From assembly GCA_040954595.2 (NCBI GenBank), contig CM082585.2, positions 944,814 to 1,008,813 on the forward strand: a stretch of 64,000 nt of DNA, read 5' to 3'. This DNA comes from Balanoglossus misakiensis. Its lineage: Eukaryota > Animalia > Hemichordata. Positions 51,443 through 64,000 of this stretch are shown piece after piece. The notes below the pieces were generated by a model, which was not told the DNA's origin, searched no databases, and was given only the letters and a program-made list of their open reading frames with translations. Numbering within the stretch: the stretch's first letter is position 1; each line of letters opens with the position of its first letter. Made by a program: the position numbers and the translations under genes.

Positions 51443-52616
51443 GTAAGCATGACTTGCTGTATATTTGCTTTTATCGGGCGTGGCACAACCGAAACAATAG
51501 GAAACAATGTATGTCTACGAACTAATTTACACCTTCCAGTTATCAATACTTTTTTCCTTCGAATTCTAGCCTCGATTGCCTGTGATATGATCGTGATGAC
51601 ATGAATTAAATGGTCAAGTTCAAATCTTCATGTGAAGCATAAATTAAATTTGGATGCATTTCCTTAACCATATAGCTAGAAATTACTCCCATACCAATAC
51701 ACGGGGAGATACCGTAATTTTGGCTGAAAGTGTGCTAGTCCAACACTATGCTTCATCAAACTGGCTAAGAGATCTATTATTATATATAGACACATGAAGG
51801 AAAGTAATGTTGTTTATAGTGAAATAAAACAATACCTTAGGCCACAAAGAAAAATATAGATCACGACACAAACAGGCTGGAGTTTTTTTCAAAAATGTGT
51901 GCATAAGATCATATTGGCCCATGGTAATCAAAGCCAAAGCAGCCCAGTTCCAAATTCGAAACTCAGCTCAGTACCAGAAACTTGCTCAAAGCTACCAAAT
52001 GCACAGAAAGTTTTGAGAATCTAGATGAAAAATCACCAAGCGACTAGTGCGCTTGTCTATGTTCAATGTGTCTTCCCTGGTAACAACATGTACTTCTGCC
52101 ACCATGCCATGAGATATACTGACAGCCACGTTTGAAACATTTTAGTATACTGATATTCAAAGTTTAAATGTAAAGGCTTACTTTTCTATAGTAAAATAAA
52201 TGTTTTATAATTGCCAACAATTTACATTCTTGCGCTAATCAGTTGTATGAAAAGTGAGGTGGATCAAATGTAAGTTTCATTTTCACAACAAACATTAAGA
52301 AATCATTGTACAGTGTTACGTAGATGTCAAAGTGTGTGTACACCTGTCGTTTACAGATATGATGTCAGTTTCACTTGTCACCTAACTGCCATGTTTGTGG
52401 TATACCCATGTGGACCACTTTACTGCAGTACTGATGTAAATGTTTCAAGATCGCTGTTACAGATTTCTCTGATTCGTATTCCACGTACATTATCGCAGCA
52501 CAGTCTGACCCTATATTATACCATGTTTTGCATATTTTCACTAATTAGTATGGCCCAAATAATTCTAAAGCAAGGTTGATTGGTTACTAATTGATAAGCA
52601 TATATTTGATTCACAG

Positions 52617-52689
52617 TCTTAAACACAGCATTTCAACGTATGCCGGAGGAGGAAGAGAATACCTAGGCCTGATCCAAGACCGCTTTCCG
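52617..52689 (+). other. Candidate mini-exon C' (duplicate of C)
   Basis: Same splice signals; identical to C. Confidence 0.6.
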
Positions 52690-55600
52690 GTAAGCACAAC
52701 TTGCTGTATACATGCTCCATAGCTTGTTTGTAAAGGCTACCTTTTCCCATCAAATAGTGAAGTCGCCCTTTCAAAATTATGGTGGTGGTAAGCCACAACT
52801 GGTTATCATGGAGAGCCCCATATAAACTTACCAGCCCACGCTAGCCATGACTTTACAAATGTTTCCGTCATACTATGCAGAAAATTCTGGCTGCCTTAAA
52901 TAGGTTTTCACTTTGCGCTAGGGGGTCAAATCACATTGCATTCTGGGCGAAAAGTCTACAACCCACTGTAGTAAGAGGTGGAAGAAATGATACATTTTGT
53001 GTATTTCATGCTTTGGTCAAACATGTCTGTCTCCGTAGTTAGCATATTAAACTCATTAAATGTTTTTCACATTTTGTTATTTTGTCTGTTATGACCCATT
53101 ATCACTTTAGCTTTAGCTTAGGCTCCATTCACAAACACCTCTGGATGGGGGGGGGGGGGAAATTCAATTTTTTACTGCTAATTTTCACATGCCCCCCCCC
53201 CCCTGTACACAACCCGAAATATTTTCAAATCCCCCACCCCCTTCTGAACTGCCAAAATTTTAAAATCCCCCCCCCCCATTTTCTTTCACAGAGCAAAACA
53301 CATCACTTATCTATCTTGTAAAAAAGAAAAACAGCGCTCCCATGAAAAGACTTTGAAACTGATGTTTCCCCTCATCAGTGGGTATTAAAACTGAACATGG
53401 TTTTTATTTTTTAAGTATTTGTATTCTGTGTTGGGAGACATTGTAAACCGGGAATTGAAGGGGGTGGGTGTGGGAAGGGGTGTCCCCCTCCCACGTAAGA
53501 AAATTTTATAAAATACAGAGCTCAAAGCTGCATTTTTATGAACCCGGCAAAAGCAAATTAACTCAACTACCAGTATGTTGGGGAGGATAAATTTAACCGT
53601 CGCCGCTCAAAGTTATCATGGGGTGGGGGCAAGTCCCCTGACATGGGACACTAGATAAACCAGTTAATGATTGAAAGGTGTTGATGAAATAGCTACATGC
53701 CTATTGTTAACAAGCAGCTGACTGTACTGAAAGAATGGAAGTGTTGTGTACCTATTTTACATATTCAATATTTGTAATTAGACCATGTCATGTATATCTT
53801 GGGGATTGCTCGATCGCAATGTCTCTGCTGGTACAATGTCCTTTTAACTTGTACAGTAATATGGTAGTGATTGTAAGTTTGTGTACGGCATTTGTAAGTT
53901 ATTTTCAATTTATAATTTTTTTGTAAGTTTCTTCATTCTCAAATTGCTTGCCTAACGTACTGCTTTAAAATTTAAATTTTGGTATGATTTTGAGTAGACT
54001 TTTTGTTTCAAAATTATTTTCGACACTTGACATTTTTGGGTGATATGATTTTACATGGAAAATCTGATTTCCCTGTAATTCGGTTGACAGGATTTTCACA
54101 ATATCTCTAAATCATGAAGTACATGTATCAGAATTGCATCAGGCCCCCAAAATTCTAGTCACCCTTGGCAAGTAATATTAGCCATTGTTGTCCAAGGACG
54201 TTGAAGGTACAATTGGTTTTTAAACTTACTATGTAGGCATTTTATCAGAATTATTAGGTCCCATTTGGTGCAGGTATATGTATTTATACCATGGGACCTT
54301 ATGGGATCAGTTGCACCTGTATATATGGATGTCTGTATGGATGTTTGTCTGTATGTCTATCAATATCAAACACTTGGAAACCACTGGCATGTGACCTTGA
54401 TATTTAGTGTGGAGATGCAGGCAGGGCATTAAGTGGGAGTTGTCAAAATGAACTTGTCATTGCCAAAATATGCAAATTAGCTGGGAAAGTGTCAAATTCG
54501 TCCAAACTCGGGAACTCGACAACTACTGAGCAAATTGCTTTCAAAATTGAAAATTGGTATTCCTGTAAGTTATGTTAACCTCACACAGTTCTATATGTTG
54601 TGAGCTAATGTGAATTTTCGATTTTTTATGTATTTTTTGTCTCTTTCCACATTATCGGTAGAAAATCTGCTTTTCTGGAATTGATCAGCTGACTTATTTG
54701 AAATTTAGTATGAAGCTTCATAGGTGATCTGAGTTATCATAGTTTTGTAAGGTCCCATTTGCTTTACCATGGGACCTTATGATATCGGTGGATGTATGTA
54801 TGTATGTCTGTATGTCCGTCCACATCACAAACTTGAAAACCGCTGGGCATATGACCTCGATATTTGGTGTGTAGATGCAGGCCAGGCTGAAGATTGGAGT
54901 TTGTTCAAATGAAGCTGTCATTGCCAAAAATATGCAAATTAGCTAGGAAAATGTGAAATTGGTCAAAACTCAAACTCAACAACCACTGGTCACATTCATT
55001 TGAAAATCAGTATGCATGTACCTTATGTCTACCTCAAACAGTCCTGTATGTTTTGAGCTAATATTATCGATTTTTAATTTTTTATGCCAAAAATCTTTTA
55101 TGCATTTTTTGTATTATTCCACATTATTGGTAAAGAAATCATCATTTCTTAAAGTTATAGGCCTCATTCTTTGAATTTTAGTATGAAGCTTCTAATGGTT
55201 GTCTGAGTAACCAAAGTTTTGTTCAAATTGTTGAAAAATTTGCATATTTTAATTTTGAGCAATTTTTGCCACTTTTGGTCATTTTTTTTTCTTTAAAACT
55301 GCATGCCAGATTGATTTGGTAGGCATATTCCTAAGGGTAAACTGAGTAAGATGTTGTAAAAATGTTTTAGTATATATTGTGTTATTGGGGAAGGGGGGGG
55401 GGGGTTACTCAAACATTTATAACACCCAGCAACTTTTGGTACTGGCAGGGTTTGTCCTCCAATGATTTCAACATCCTGCTAGGAATACAACCTCTCCTCA
55501 ACTTTATAAATATAGGGCATGACATTGCAGGTTTTTTGAGAACACTGTTTAAAATAACCCTCATCAAGCCTGTTAACTTATTTAGACAGACTATTATCCA

Positions 55601-56842
55601 GAATGAAACGAAACATGGATGCAATAAAAAGATCTTGTGCAATAAAAACCAAGTTGATCATAACAATTATTTGCTAAGTACAACATGTACATCACTAATA
55701 GAAGTTATGGCTATAAGCATAAACCTGTTTGTTTTGCTATCTTCACTATTCATATTATCTGACTATATTAATACATTTGCAAGCATACTGTTTCAGACAT
55801 AGCGAATTTGATAAACATCTACAAATATATTTTTACCTGTTGAAGTTATCAAAATCCAGACACTTGACAAAAGGACATTTTTCATCCCCTCTATAGATTG
55901 ATAGTCTAACATAGCAGGCAATCTGTTTTTAACAACTGCAGAAGCCTTCATAAAAAGTTGTTGGCCAGAATGAAAGCTTAGGGGGACGTAGGATTTCCTA
56001 CTTTTTAGGTTATTTTTTCTATGGCCCCAAAAAGCTATGACAAAAAATTGATGACCCCCTTGGAATTTATAATTCCCCCCCCCCCCTATCATACCCTGTC
56101 CATATTCTTATAAATGTCAATAAATGCCATACAGTCCTGTATGTTTTGTTTTGAGCTAATATTATGAATTTTCTATTTTTATTGTTTTGTCTTTTACTGC
56201 ATTATTGGTAAAGAAAAATCTTCCTTTCTGAAAGCCATAGTTTTTGTTCAAATTGCAAATTGTTGTGAAATTGGTATATTTATAATTTTGAGCAATTTTG
56301 TAATTTTTGCTCAGAATGCAGATTCCTAGGGGGGTAACCCAAGTAAGGTGTTGTAAAAGAATTGTTTAAAAAATAAAAATATATTTGTAGATGGTTATCA
56401 AATTCGCTGTGTCTGAAAGAGCTTGTCAGATTGCTTTGAACTTTGACAGGAATGTTCCTTGTAGTGATTTAAGTAAGATGGTGTACAATTATAGTGATTT
56501 TTGCATATTTGTGTTTTTGCCACTTTTGAACAAATGTAGTTTTGTTTAACCCCCATCTTACCCTATCCATATTCAAATAAATATGAAAAGAAATTTCTCA
56601 CAGATATTATTTACTTTGATAATACTATCATTTGTGCAACAACTAATCAATCAAACAGTCAATAATCATAAATTGGGAGTTCAAAAATATCTATAAGGGA
56701 GATTTAAAACCCCGTTAGCAACAACTGTTTGCCATGTTTTCAGTATTAATGTTTTGTGTAGCTTCTGCAGTTTTTAGGTCCCATATGGTATGTACCATGG
56801 GCCTTATGGAATCAGTTGCGTCTGTATTTATGTATGGATGTA

Positions 56843-57040
56843 CTGTATTTTCGCGAGTTAAATTTTTCGCGATATCGAGAGAGGCCACTGTTTCGCGAGT
56901 ATTAATTTTCGCGTTCTCTTATTTCATTCACTGCATCGTTATCTTCAAAAACAATTTACGCGACTTTTTATTTTCACGTTATTTTGGCTCTCGCGTATTT
57001 GGCGAAAATTAATTGCTCGCGAAAATAAAGTGTTTTACAG
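56843..57040. mobile_element. Tc1/mariner (pogo-like) MITE
   Basis: TA|CTGTA...TACAG|TA with internal TTTTCGCG repeats; sits in a TGTA microsatellite. Confidence 0.75.
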
Positions 57041-58737
57041 TATGTCTGTCTGTTTGTATGGATGTATGTCTGTATGTCCGTCCACATCTAAAACTTGAAA
57101 ACCGTTGTGCATATCACCTCGATATTTGGTGTGCAGATGCAGGCTGGGCTGTAGATTGGAGTTTGTTAACATGAAAATGTCATTACCAAATATATGCAAA
57201 TTAGCTGGAAAATGTGAAATTGGTCAAAACTCGCAAAATTCAACAACTGCTGGTCAGATTGATTTGGAAATTGGTATGCAAGTACCTTATGCCTACCTCA
57301 TACAGTCCTGTATGTTTTGAGCTAATTTTGATTTTCTATTTTTGATGCATTTGTTTGTATTTTTCAACATTATTGGTAAAAAATCTTCATATGAATCTAA
57401 AATTACCGTCGAATCATCCAGTGTGAGTTAGCACTGTAATTAGCAAAAGTTATAAATCCACAGTTACCCAGCAAATTTGATATAATGCTTCACATAGGTA
57501 TTGGTTTTGAACATCCTTCAGAAAGGGTATGAATATTTTAAAATTTTTACTGTTGCAACCCAGACTAGTTTATTTCTGAATAAACAGAGAAATGACAACC
57601 GGATAGATTATTCTTCTGTACTAAAGACATATGCAGACACAAGAAATAGTCTGAACATTTTCAGTACATTACTAAAACAGTGTCGGTACATTGTACTATA
57701 AACTGAGGAAGATTAGTGACTATTGTTTGCCAAAAATGGTCCCAAGTCATTTCTCAAGCATAGCAGAATAGTAGCTTTGAGTAGCAAAGTGTGATGATTT
57801 AAAATGTAAAAAGACAACACCAATCTCTAGCTCTGCTCTCAGCACTGCAAAAGTTATCTGACAGGTAGATAGATGTTCAGTCATCCTATGTCTGTCAACA
57901 TTTTTCTTTTCTGAAATCACTGGCGCAAGTGCTTTTAAAATTGGTGTGCAGGTTTCTTGGGGTGGCGAAGTAATGTGTGTTCAAATTGTGTTGAATTCTG
58001 CATATTTTTAGTTTGGAACAAGTTTTTTGCTGTTTTTGGAAGAAAAAAGCTAAGCTCGTAGATTACTTTGACTATGCAGGTTTCTAGGTATGACACAAGT
58101 TGTTTCTTCAAAATATGGTGAAATTTGCATATTTGGGGGGAAATTTTCTCTGAAATTTAGTATTGATCTCCCTGAGGTATGTGACATAATCTGTGATTTT
58201 GTATTTTGGAGACAGTTGCCTTTTTGTACAAACAAAAAATCTTGTCAGAATATGCATGTCTGATTGCCATGTCCACAGGGGTGATCTACTTTTATTTACA
58301 TTATAACCGAATCTGTAAAGTTTTCATAATGATCTTTAAAATAGGTACGTCTAATTGTTTTGATCTTTGGTATGAATTGTCCCTTGGTGATCTTAGTCAA
58401 TGCTTTTGAAATTCCGCTGAATATTGCATTATTATTTTGTCTAAGTCTGAAGAGTAGTCATCATCTCTGAAACCCCTTGACCTAAGTCAGGTGTCAAATA
58501 GTACAATTTGCAGATTTGTTGCATTGGAGATATTGTTGCAGTTTTTGAAGTTCAAGATGGCTGCCAATGTCTGTGTTAACTCTATGGAAAAACATTTATG
58601 TAAATACTTTTCTGAAAACAAGGCGGTGAACATCACATTTTTGTTTACAAACAGTAATAGAAATAGCTATCATTGTTTCTGAAAATCCTAACTTGTAGGA
58701 TTCTTTTTCAATCTCTGGCATCAGCAGAGACAATTAA

Positions 58738-59396
58738 GGTGGCATTGCATGAAAAGTTGTGATTTTTGCCAAATTTTACTTTTTTACATAAATCGGTAGG
58801 CCTAATACTCGCCCACATCCTGACTAATACGTCTTGGCGGAAATGGTGCACAATCACCCCCAAATAGCACTTTTCTGAATGAGTTCACAGCTTAACAAAT
58901 AGGTGTCAACAATGCAAATGGCCGTTTTTCTCGGTTTGCATTTTCGCTGCTTTTGACAATTCGGACTAAAATAGCTTCGCCCTGCATTGGCCGAATTTGC
59001 TCAAATTTTGACAGGGAATTGTGTATGACCCATCCAGCAAAACGCTAGTTTTGTATGTCGATAAACTTTCAAACGCTGTTACTCCTCAATGGAAGCAGAT
59101 AACGCAAAACAAAATTAGCGTTTTTTTGCACGTGTACTTTAGTTTCGAATGACATATTAAGATGCATGATGCATGGTCAACTTTTTTACCTATTTTAAAT
59201 TTCATGACATAATATAAAAAAATGGGTTTTTTCGCCCGAAATCGCCACCATTTCCGGGGATCAATAATATTTGCAACTCAAACAAAAGTTCAAAATCTCA
59301 GCTTCCAGAATATATATGGTTTATGGGGGTTTAAACTTTGTCTTTGATGAGAAATAGGCCTCTGAAAAAGTCTCGACGGTTTCATGCAGTGCCACC
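58738..59396. mobile_element. TTAA-flanked MITE (Kolobok-type)
   Basis: TTAA|GGTGGCATTGCATGAAA...TTTCATGCAGTGCCACC|TTAA. Confidence 0.9.
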
Positions 59397-60176
59397 TTAA
59401 ACAACTCTATAAAAAGTCTTATTGCTTAGTACTGGCACGAGGTGGTAAAAAGATGTGCAGCTTTTGACTTATTACAGGCTTACACTTTGTTAGTAATATG
59501 AGTCCCTATTGGTATTGTGCTGGGTTTTTAGGAGCTTGGGCCCCATTCCCTGGATATTTTTTACACCTTGCTCTGAAAACCTGCCACACCTATGCTTCTT
59601 GAATTTGTCACAGTTGTCCTTGCCAATGAGTGTGCACCTTGAAATTCAAATCAGTCATTTGACCTGGCAGCCATATTCAGTTGAAATTGTTAAATAAATG
59701 CAAATTAGCTGGGAAAATTTGAAATTGGTCAAAACCACTGGTCAGATTGATTTGACAATTGGTATGCAAGTACCTTATGTCAACCACATACAGTCCTGTA
59801 TTTTGAATAGTTTGAATGTTCTATTTTTATGCATTTTTTGCCTTTTTCCTCATTTTTGGTAAAACATCTACTTTTCTAAAATTGATGAGACGACTTCTTT
59901 GAAATTTAGTATGAAGCTTCATATAGGTGATATGAGTTAGCATACTTTTGTTAAAATGTTGCAAAATTTGCATATTCATAATTTTGGAGCAATTTCGGCC
60001 GTTTTTGAATTTTTTTTTTAAACCGGTTGTTACATTGCTTTGAAATTTGTTAGTCATATTAGGGGTAGCCCAAGTAAGATTTGCATGTATGTTTTTCAAA
60101 TCAACTTGATGAATTGAATAGTATATTTTTGGGATGATTTTTGCCATTTTCGGTCAAAACTCTTCTCAGAACCCCC

Positions 60177-60802
60177 CACAGTACGTGAAATATCCCATGA
60201 ATCACTCTGGTTTGTACAACCAGAGATTACTCGGTCAAACCAGGCAAAGTTCACATGTGTAGAGAAAATTGTAGACCACTAATACAAATTTTGAGAGCAT
60301 GCTTTAAAGGCGAATCTTATTGTGAATTACCATTTCAAATGATAAACAAAATCATGCATTATTGAAAGAGGAGATACAAATTTTATAAAATAAGCAATTG
60401 CATAGCCAGCCGATACAAAAAAGTTTGAAGTAAAACAGGGACACTTGAAACATTTGTTTAATCAAACAAAACGACATTGATTTTTTTCTATAGACAGAAC
60501 AATGGAAATTTACATGTTAACTTTCAACAGAGACTGGCCACCTCAGTTAGTCATTGCTTCTTTCCTCCTAAGTGTGACATTTGACGTACATGAATGAATA
60601 CTTTGATTTCTATGGCTTTTAAATCTTGATTTTGAAATTTTCACTCTAATTCCTCAACATACTTTTTCTAGATAAATCTTAATACAGTTATATGTACTTC
60701 ATATCATTGTTAGTATCTAAAACAGAAAGTAATTAAATGGACAATCTCGATGATACAAATCATGGAGAGTTGTGGGTAAAATATCGTACTGTGCCCCCTT
60801 TA
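60177..60802. mobile_element. Degraded TIR element
   Basis: CACAGTACG..GAGATT (60177-60228) is an imperfect inverted copy of ~60743-60793, which ends CCCCCTTTA. Confidence 0.5.
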
Positions 60803-61227
60803 CCCCCACTGCTTTGAAATTTGATTTGAAGGTTTCAGGGTTTGTTCTCATGATAATTTACAGATTGATTTGACAATTGGTATGCAAGTACCTTATGTCA
60901 ACCACATACAATCCTGTATTTTTTTAACTAATAGTTTGAATGTTCTATTTTATGCATTTTTTGCCTTTTTCCTCATTTGTGGTAAAAAAATTTAGTATGA
61001 AGCTTCATGTAGGTGATATGAGTTACAATACTTTTGTTGAAATGTTGCAAAATTTGCATATTGATAATTTTGGAGCAATTTCAGCCTTGTTTAATTAATT
61101 TTTTTTCTCTAAAACCGCTTGTTCCATTGCTTTAAAATTTGTTAGTCATGTTAGGGGTAGCTCAAGTAAGATTTGCATGTATGTTTTTCAAATCAACTTG
61201 ATGAATTGAATAGTATATTTTTGGGGG

Positions 61228-61524
61228 ATCAAATCAAATCAAATCAAAACAAACATTTATAAAGCGCCAGAATCAATAACAATGTTATTTCCAAAGGCGC
61301 TGAAAGTATAACATCAGTGTTCGTAGGCTTTGACAAATAGAAATGTCTTGAGTTTTTGTTTGAAAATGTTGAGACTAGAAGCCTGTTGAATGTCAGATGG
61401 CAGAGAATTCCAAAGTTGTGGCGCGACAAGGGAAAAGGCACATCCACCATATGTTTTGAGTCTGTACTTTGGTACACACAACTGGTTCCTTGAGCTGGAG
61501 CGCAGAGCCCGACTAGGCTTATAT
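61228..61524 (-). pseudogene. Short 3' fragment of L2 LINE
   Basis: YKPSRALRSS..YGGCAFS..APQLWNSLP..FKQKLKTFLF with (TTTGA)n tail. Confidence 0.88.
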
Positions 61525-62270
61525 GATTTTTGATTTGATTTGGTTTCAGGGTGATTTCTCATGATGATTTACAAAACCTATGACTGATTACTTTGAAATT
61601 TGAGTAGGAAGTTAATTGGATGTGTTTGTTTAGATAATGGAATCAAATAAAGTTATTCATTCTTCACCTTCATTCTTCACCTCATTTCATTTATTGGCTG
61701 GTTTGTCTATTGTATCAGGGAAGAGTACTTGCCATCCCACCCCACCGATGCAAACTTTGAGTGGCAAAAGTAAAATTTGTCATAACATTGAGTTAATTTG
61801 CTTTTGGGCTCACTAAAATGCAACTTTGAGCTCTGTATTTGTACAAAATTTTCATTAATTGGCTGGTTTGTCTATTGTACCAGGCCAGCATACATAAGAT
61901 CAAGATGTTTTCGGGGCTGGGGGGGGGGGGCATCATATTTTATTGCCTCTCTATGTGTGAGTCTGTCTGTCTGTACTCCTGTGTGGACTTTTTCTAGTGT
62001 AATCACTAAATGAGACCACAGTGTCCTTGACGCTATTTTTTGCGATTTTCAATGACCCTGGGGTAACCTTTGACCAGCTTTCATATATCTTGGTATTCAC
62101 AGCAGAATACAGCCTTGGCATACCCTGGTAACCATGGGAACCGTTTGGGCCCAACCAATGGTGCTGGCAGCGTTAATTTTTAAATGATTTCTTCTTGTCG
62201 TTTTCTTTATCAATATGATGACTTGACCTAATCAGATTATTAAAATAATTTCATTCTTTTTTTACATTAG

Positions 62271-62343
62271 GTTCTTTGGTAACACTGCTGCTGGAGGGAG
62301 TGTAATATTTGTAACGACGTCGCCACCTAATACTGTACTGGAG
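62271..62343 (+). other. Candidate mini-exon D (73 bp)
   Basis: Long pyrimidine tract + TAG acceptor, GAG|GTATGA donor; paralogous to 63158-63255. Confidence 0.4.
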
Positions 62344-63068
62344 GTATGAACTTAAACTTGTAACGACGCCGCCACCTAATACTGTACTGGAGAGATGAAG
62401 TTAATACTTGTAACGACGCCGCCACCTAATACTGTACTGGAGAGATGAAGTTAATACTTGTAACGACGCCGCCACCTAATACTGTACTGGAGAGATGAAC
62501 TTAATACTTGTAACGACGCCGCCACCTAATACTGTACTGGAGAGATGAACTTAATACTTGTAACGACGCCGCCACCTAATACTGTACTGGAGAGATGAAC
62601 TTAATACTTGTAACGACGCCGCCACCTAATACTGTACTGGAGAGATGAAGTTAATACTTGTAACGACGCCGCCACCTAATACTGTACTGGAGAGATGAAG
62701 TTAATACTTGTAACGACGCCGCCACCTAATACTGTACTGGAGAGATGAAGTTAATACTTGTAACGACGCCGCCACCTAATACTGTACTGGAGAGATGAAG
62801 TTAATACTTGTAACGACGCCGCCACCTAATACTGTACTGGAGGGATGAACTTAAACTTGTAACGACGCCGCCACCTAATACTGTACTGGAGAGATGAAGT
62901 TAATACTTGTAACGACGCCGCCACCTAATACTGTACTGGAGAGATGAAGTTAATACTTGTAACGCCGCCGCCACCTAATACTGTACTGGAGAGATGAACT
63001 TAATACTTGTAACGACGCCGCCACCTTATACTGTACTGGAGGGATGAACTTAAACCTGTAACGACGCC
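62310..63068. repeat. 50-bp minisatellite, ~15 full copies
   Basis: TGTAACGACGCCGCCACCTAATACTGTACTGGAGAGATGAA(G/C)TTAATACT head-to-tail, with a few 49-bp variants. Confidence 0.97.
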
Positions 63069-63157
63069 AGATGATGCTCCTGTGACCAGAGGGATGAACG
63101 ACGCCATGATTTGTTGATCTGATCTAATTAATAATATTCATTCTTTTTTTTCAATAG

Positions 63158-63255
63158 GTTCATTGGTATTATCATCGCCGGAGGGAGTCTAATCAATATC
63201 TACAACAACGCCGCACCAGATAACAATATCAAAACCAGAGGGATGCTGTCAATAG
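63158..63255 (+). other. Candidate mini-exon E (98 bp)
   Basis: TTCTTTTTTTTCAATAG acceptor and AG|GTTAGG donor. Confidence 0.35.
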
Positions 63256-63430
63256 GTTAGGCTAATAAAAATGGTTTAATCTGAGGGAATGGTAAAGGGT
63301 TGGTGTATGAATATGTTAGGGTAATAAAAAATGGTATAATCTAACGGAATGGTGAAGGGTTGGTGTATAAACAGGTTAGGCTAATAAAAATGGTATAATC
63401 TAATGAAATGGTGAAGGGTTGGTGTATGAT
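63256..63430. repeat. ~60-bp tandem repeat x3 decaying into C-poor low-complexity DNA
   Basis: GTTAGG(C/G)TAATAAAAA at 63256, 63315 and 63375. Confidence 0.8.
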
Positions 63431-63850
63431 GACTAATAAGACATTGTGCACAAGGGTACTATAATAAAACTGTCTGCAAGGGTATAATATTATGGTTTCA
63501 AGGGTATGATAAGTAATTAAAATACTATAAAAACATGAGTAATGCCACGTGGTAAATAAAAACTGTACATGTACAGAGGGTAAATACCGGTATAATATAT
63601 AAAGGTGTTAACATCAATGGTGTAATAATAAAAAAATGGGTAACACATGGTTTTGGTGGTATAATAATAATAAAATGGTATTAACTTGATGGTATAAACA
63701 TTATGGGATGTGTATAAACGGTGTTAATATTACAAAGGTATAATGATTAGTTGGGGTGTAATAATAAGAAATTTAAAATCATTGGGTAATTTATTAGTGT
63801 CAGGTTGGGTAAAATAATTGTTGCTATGCATTCGTGTAATAATTGTCTGC

Positions 63851-64000
63851 GGATTTTTTGCAGCGTTACCCGCGTTCGCGTTCTTCATTGCAGGTCGCTC
63901 GTCATGTAATGGAATTTCGCCGTGTGCCCGTTTGATTCGCCGATGGATTTTTTACAACGTTACCCGCGTTCGCGTTCTTCATCGCAGTTGGATCGTCGTG
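63851..64000. repeat. 94-bp-period CpG-rich repeat, cut by window end
   Basis: CGTTACCCGCGTTCGCGTTCTTCAT at 63864 and 63958. Confidence 0.75.

Larger units (their letters stand above)
51320..56537 (+). repeat. Local segmental duplication, copy 2
   Basis: Colinear with 44835-48702; extra segments at ~51891-52505, ~53118-53680 and ~55392-56135. Confidence 0.9.
54250..61600 (+). mobile_element. Second cluster of Helentron/HINE-like elements and core repeats with younger insertions
   Basis: AGGTCCCAT starts at ~54256, ~54750 and ~56776; core units recur, e.g. ~59742-60135 duplicated at ~60861-61226. Confidence 0.55.

Noticed and set aside
62310-63068. CRISPR-like array
   Set aside because: Units are head-to-tail with no unique spacers, there are no cas genes, and the context is eukaryotic.

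Overview
AT-rich, repeat-dense eukaryotic DNA, probably a marine invertebrate judged only from repeat types. No prokaryotic features and no recognisable conserved host protein gene. (1) 1-8300: young, intact BEL/Pao LTR retrotransposon (one ~2047-aa gag-pol ORF, near-identical LTRs) running directly into a satellite. (2) 8301-26193: ~78-79-bp satellite with higher-order repeats, interrupted and then ended by two near-identical copies of a 1.29-kb island. (3) 27.5-64 kb: nested transposon remnants (TTAA/Kolobok-type MITEs, RTE-X and L2 LINE fragments, a Crypton-like hairpin element, an intron-containing hAT transposase pseudogene, a P/Galileo-like foldback, Helentron-like elements), a local segmental duplication, a chain of 63-98-bp candidate mini-exons and a 50-bp minisatellite. 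Best lead: the BEL element lacks a TGG tRNA primer-binding site. The 9 nt after the 5' LTR are the exact complement of the predicted transcript start in the LTR, the geometry of Tf1-type self-priming. All calls were made by eye and boundaries of degraded repeats are approximate.
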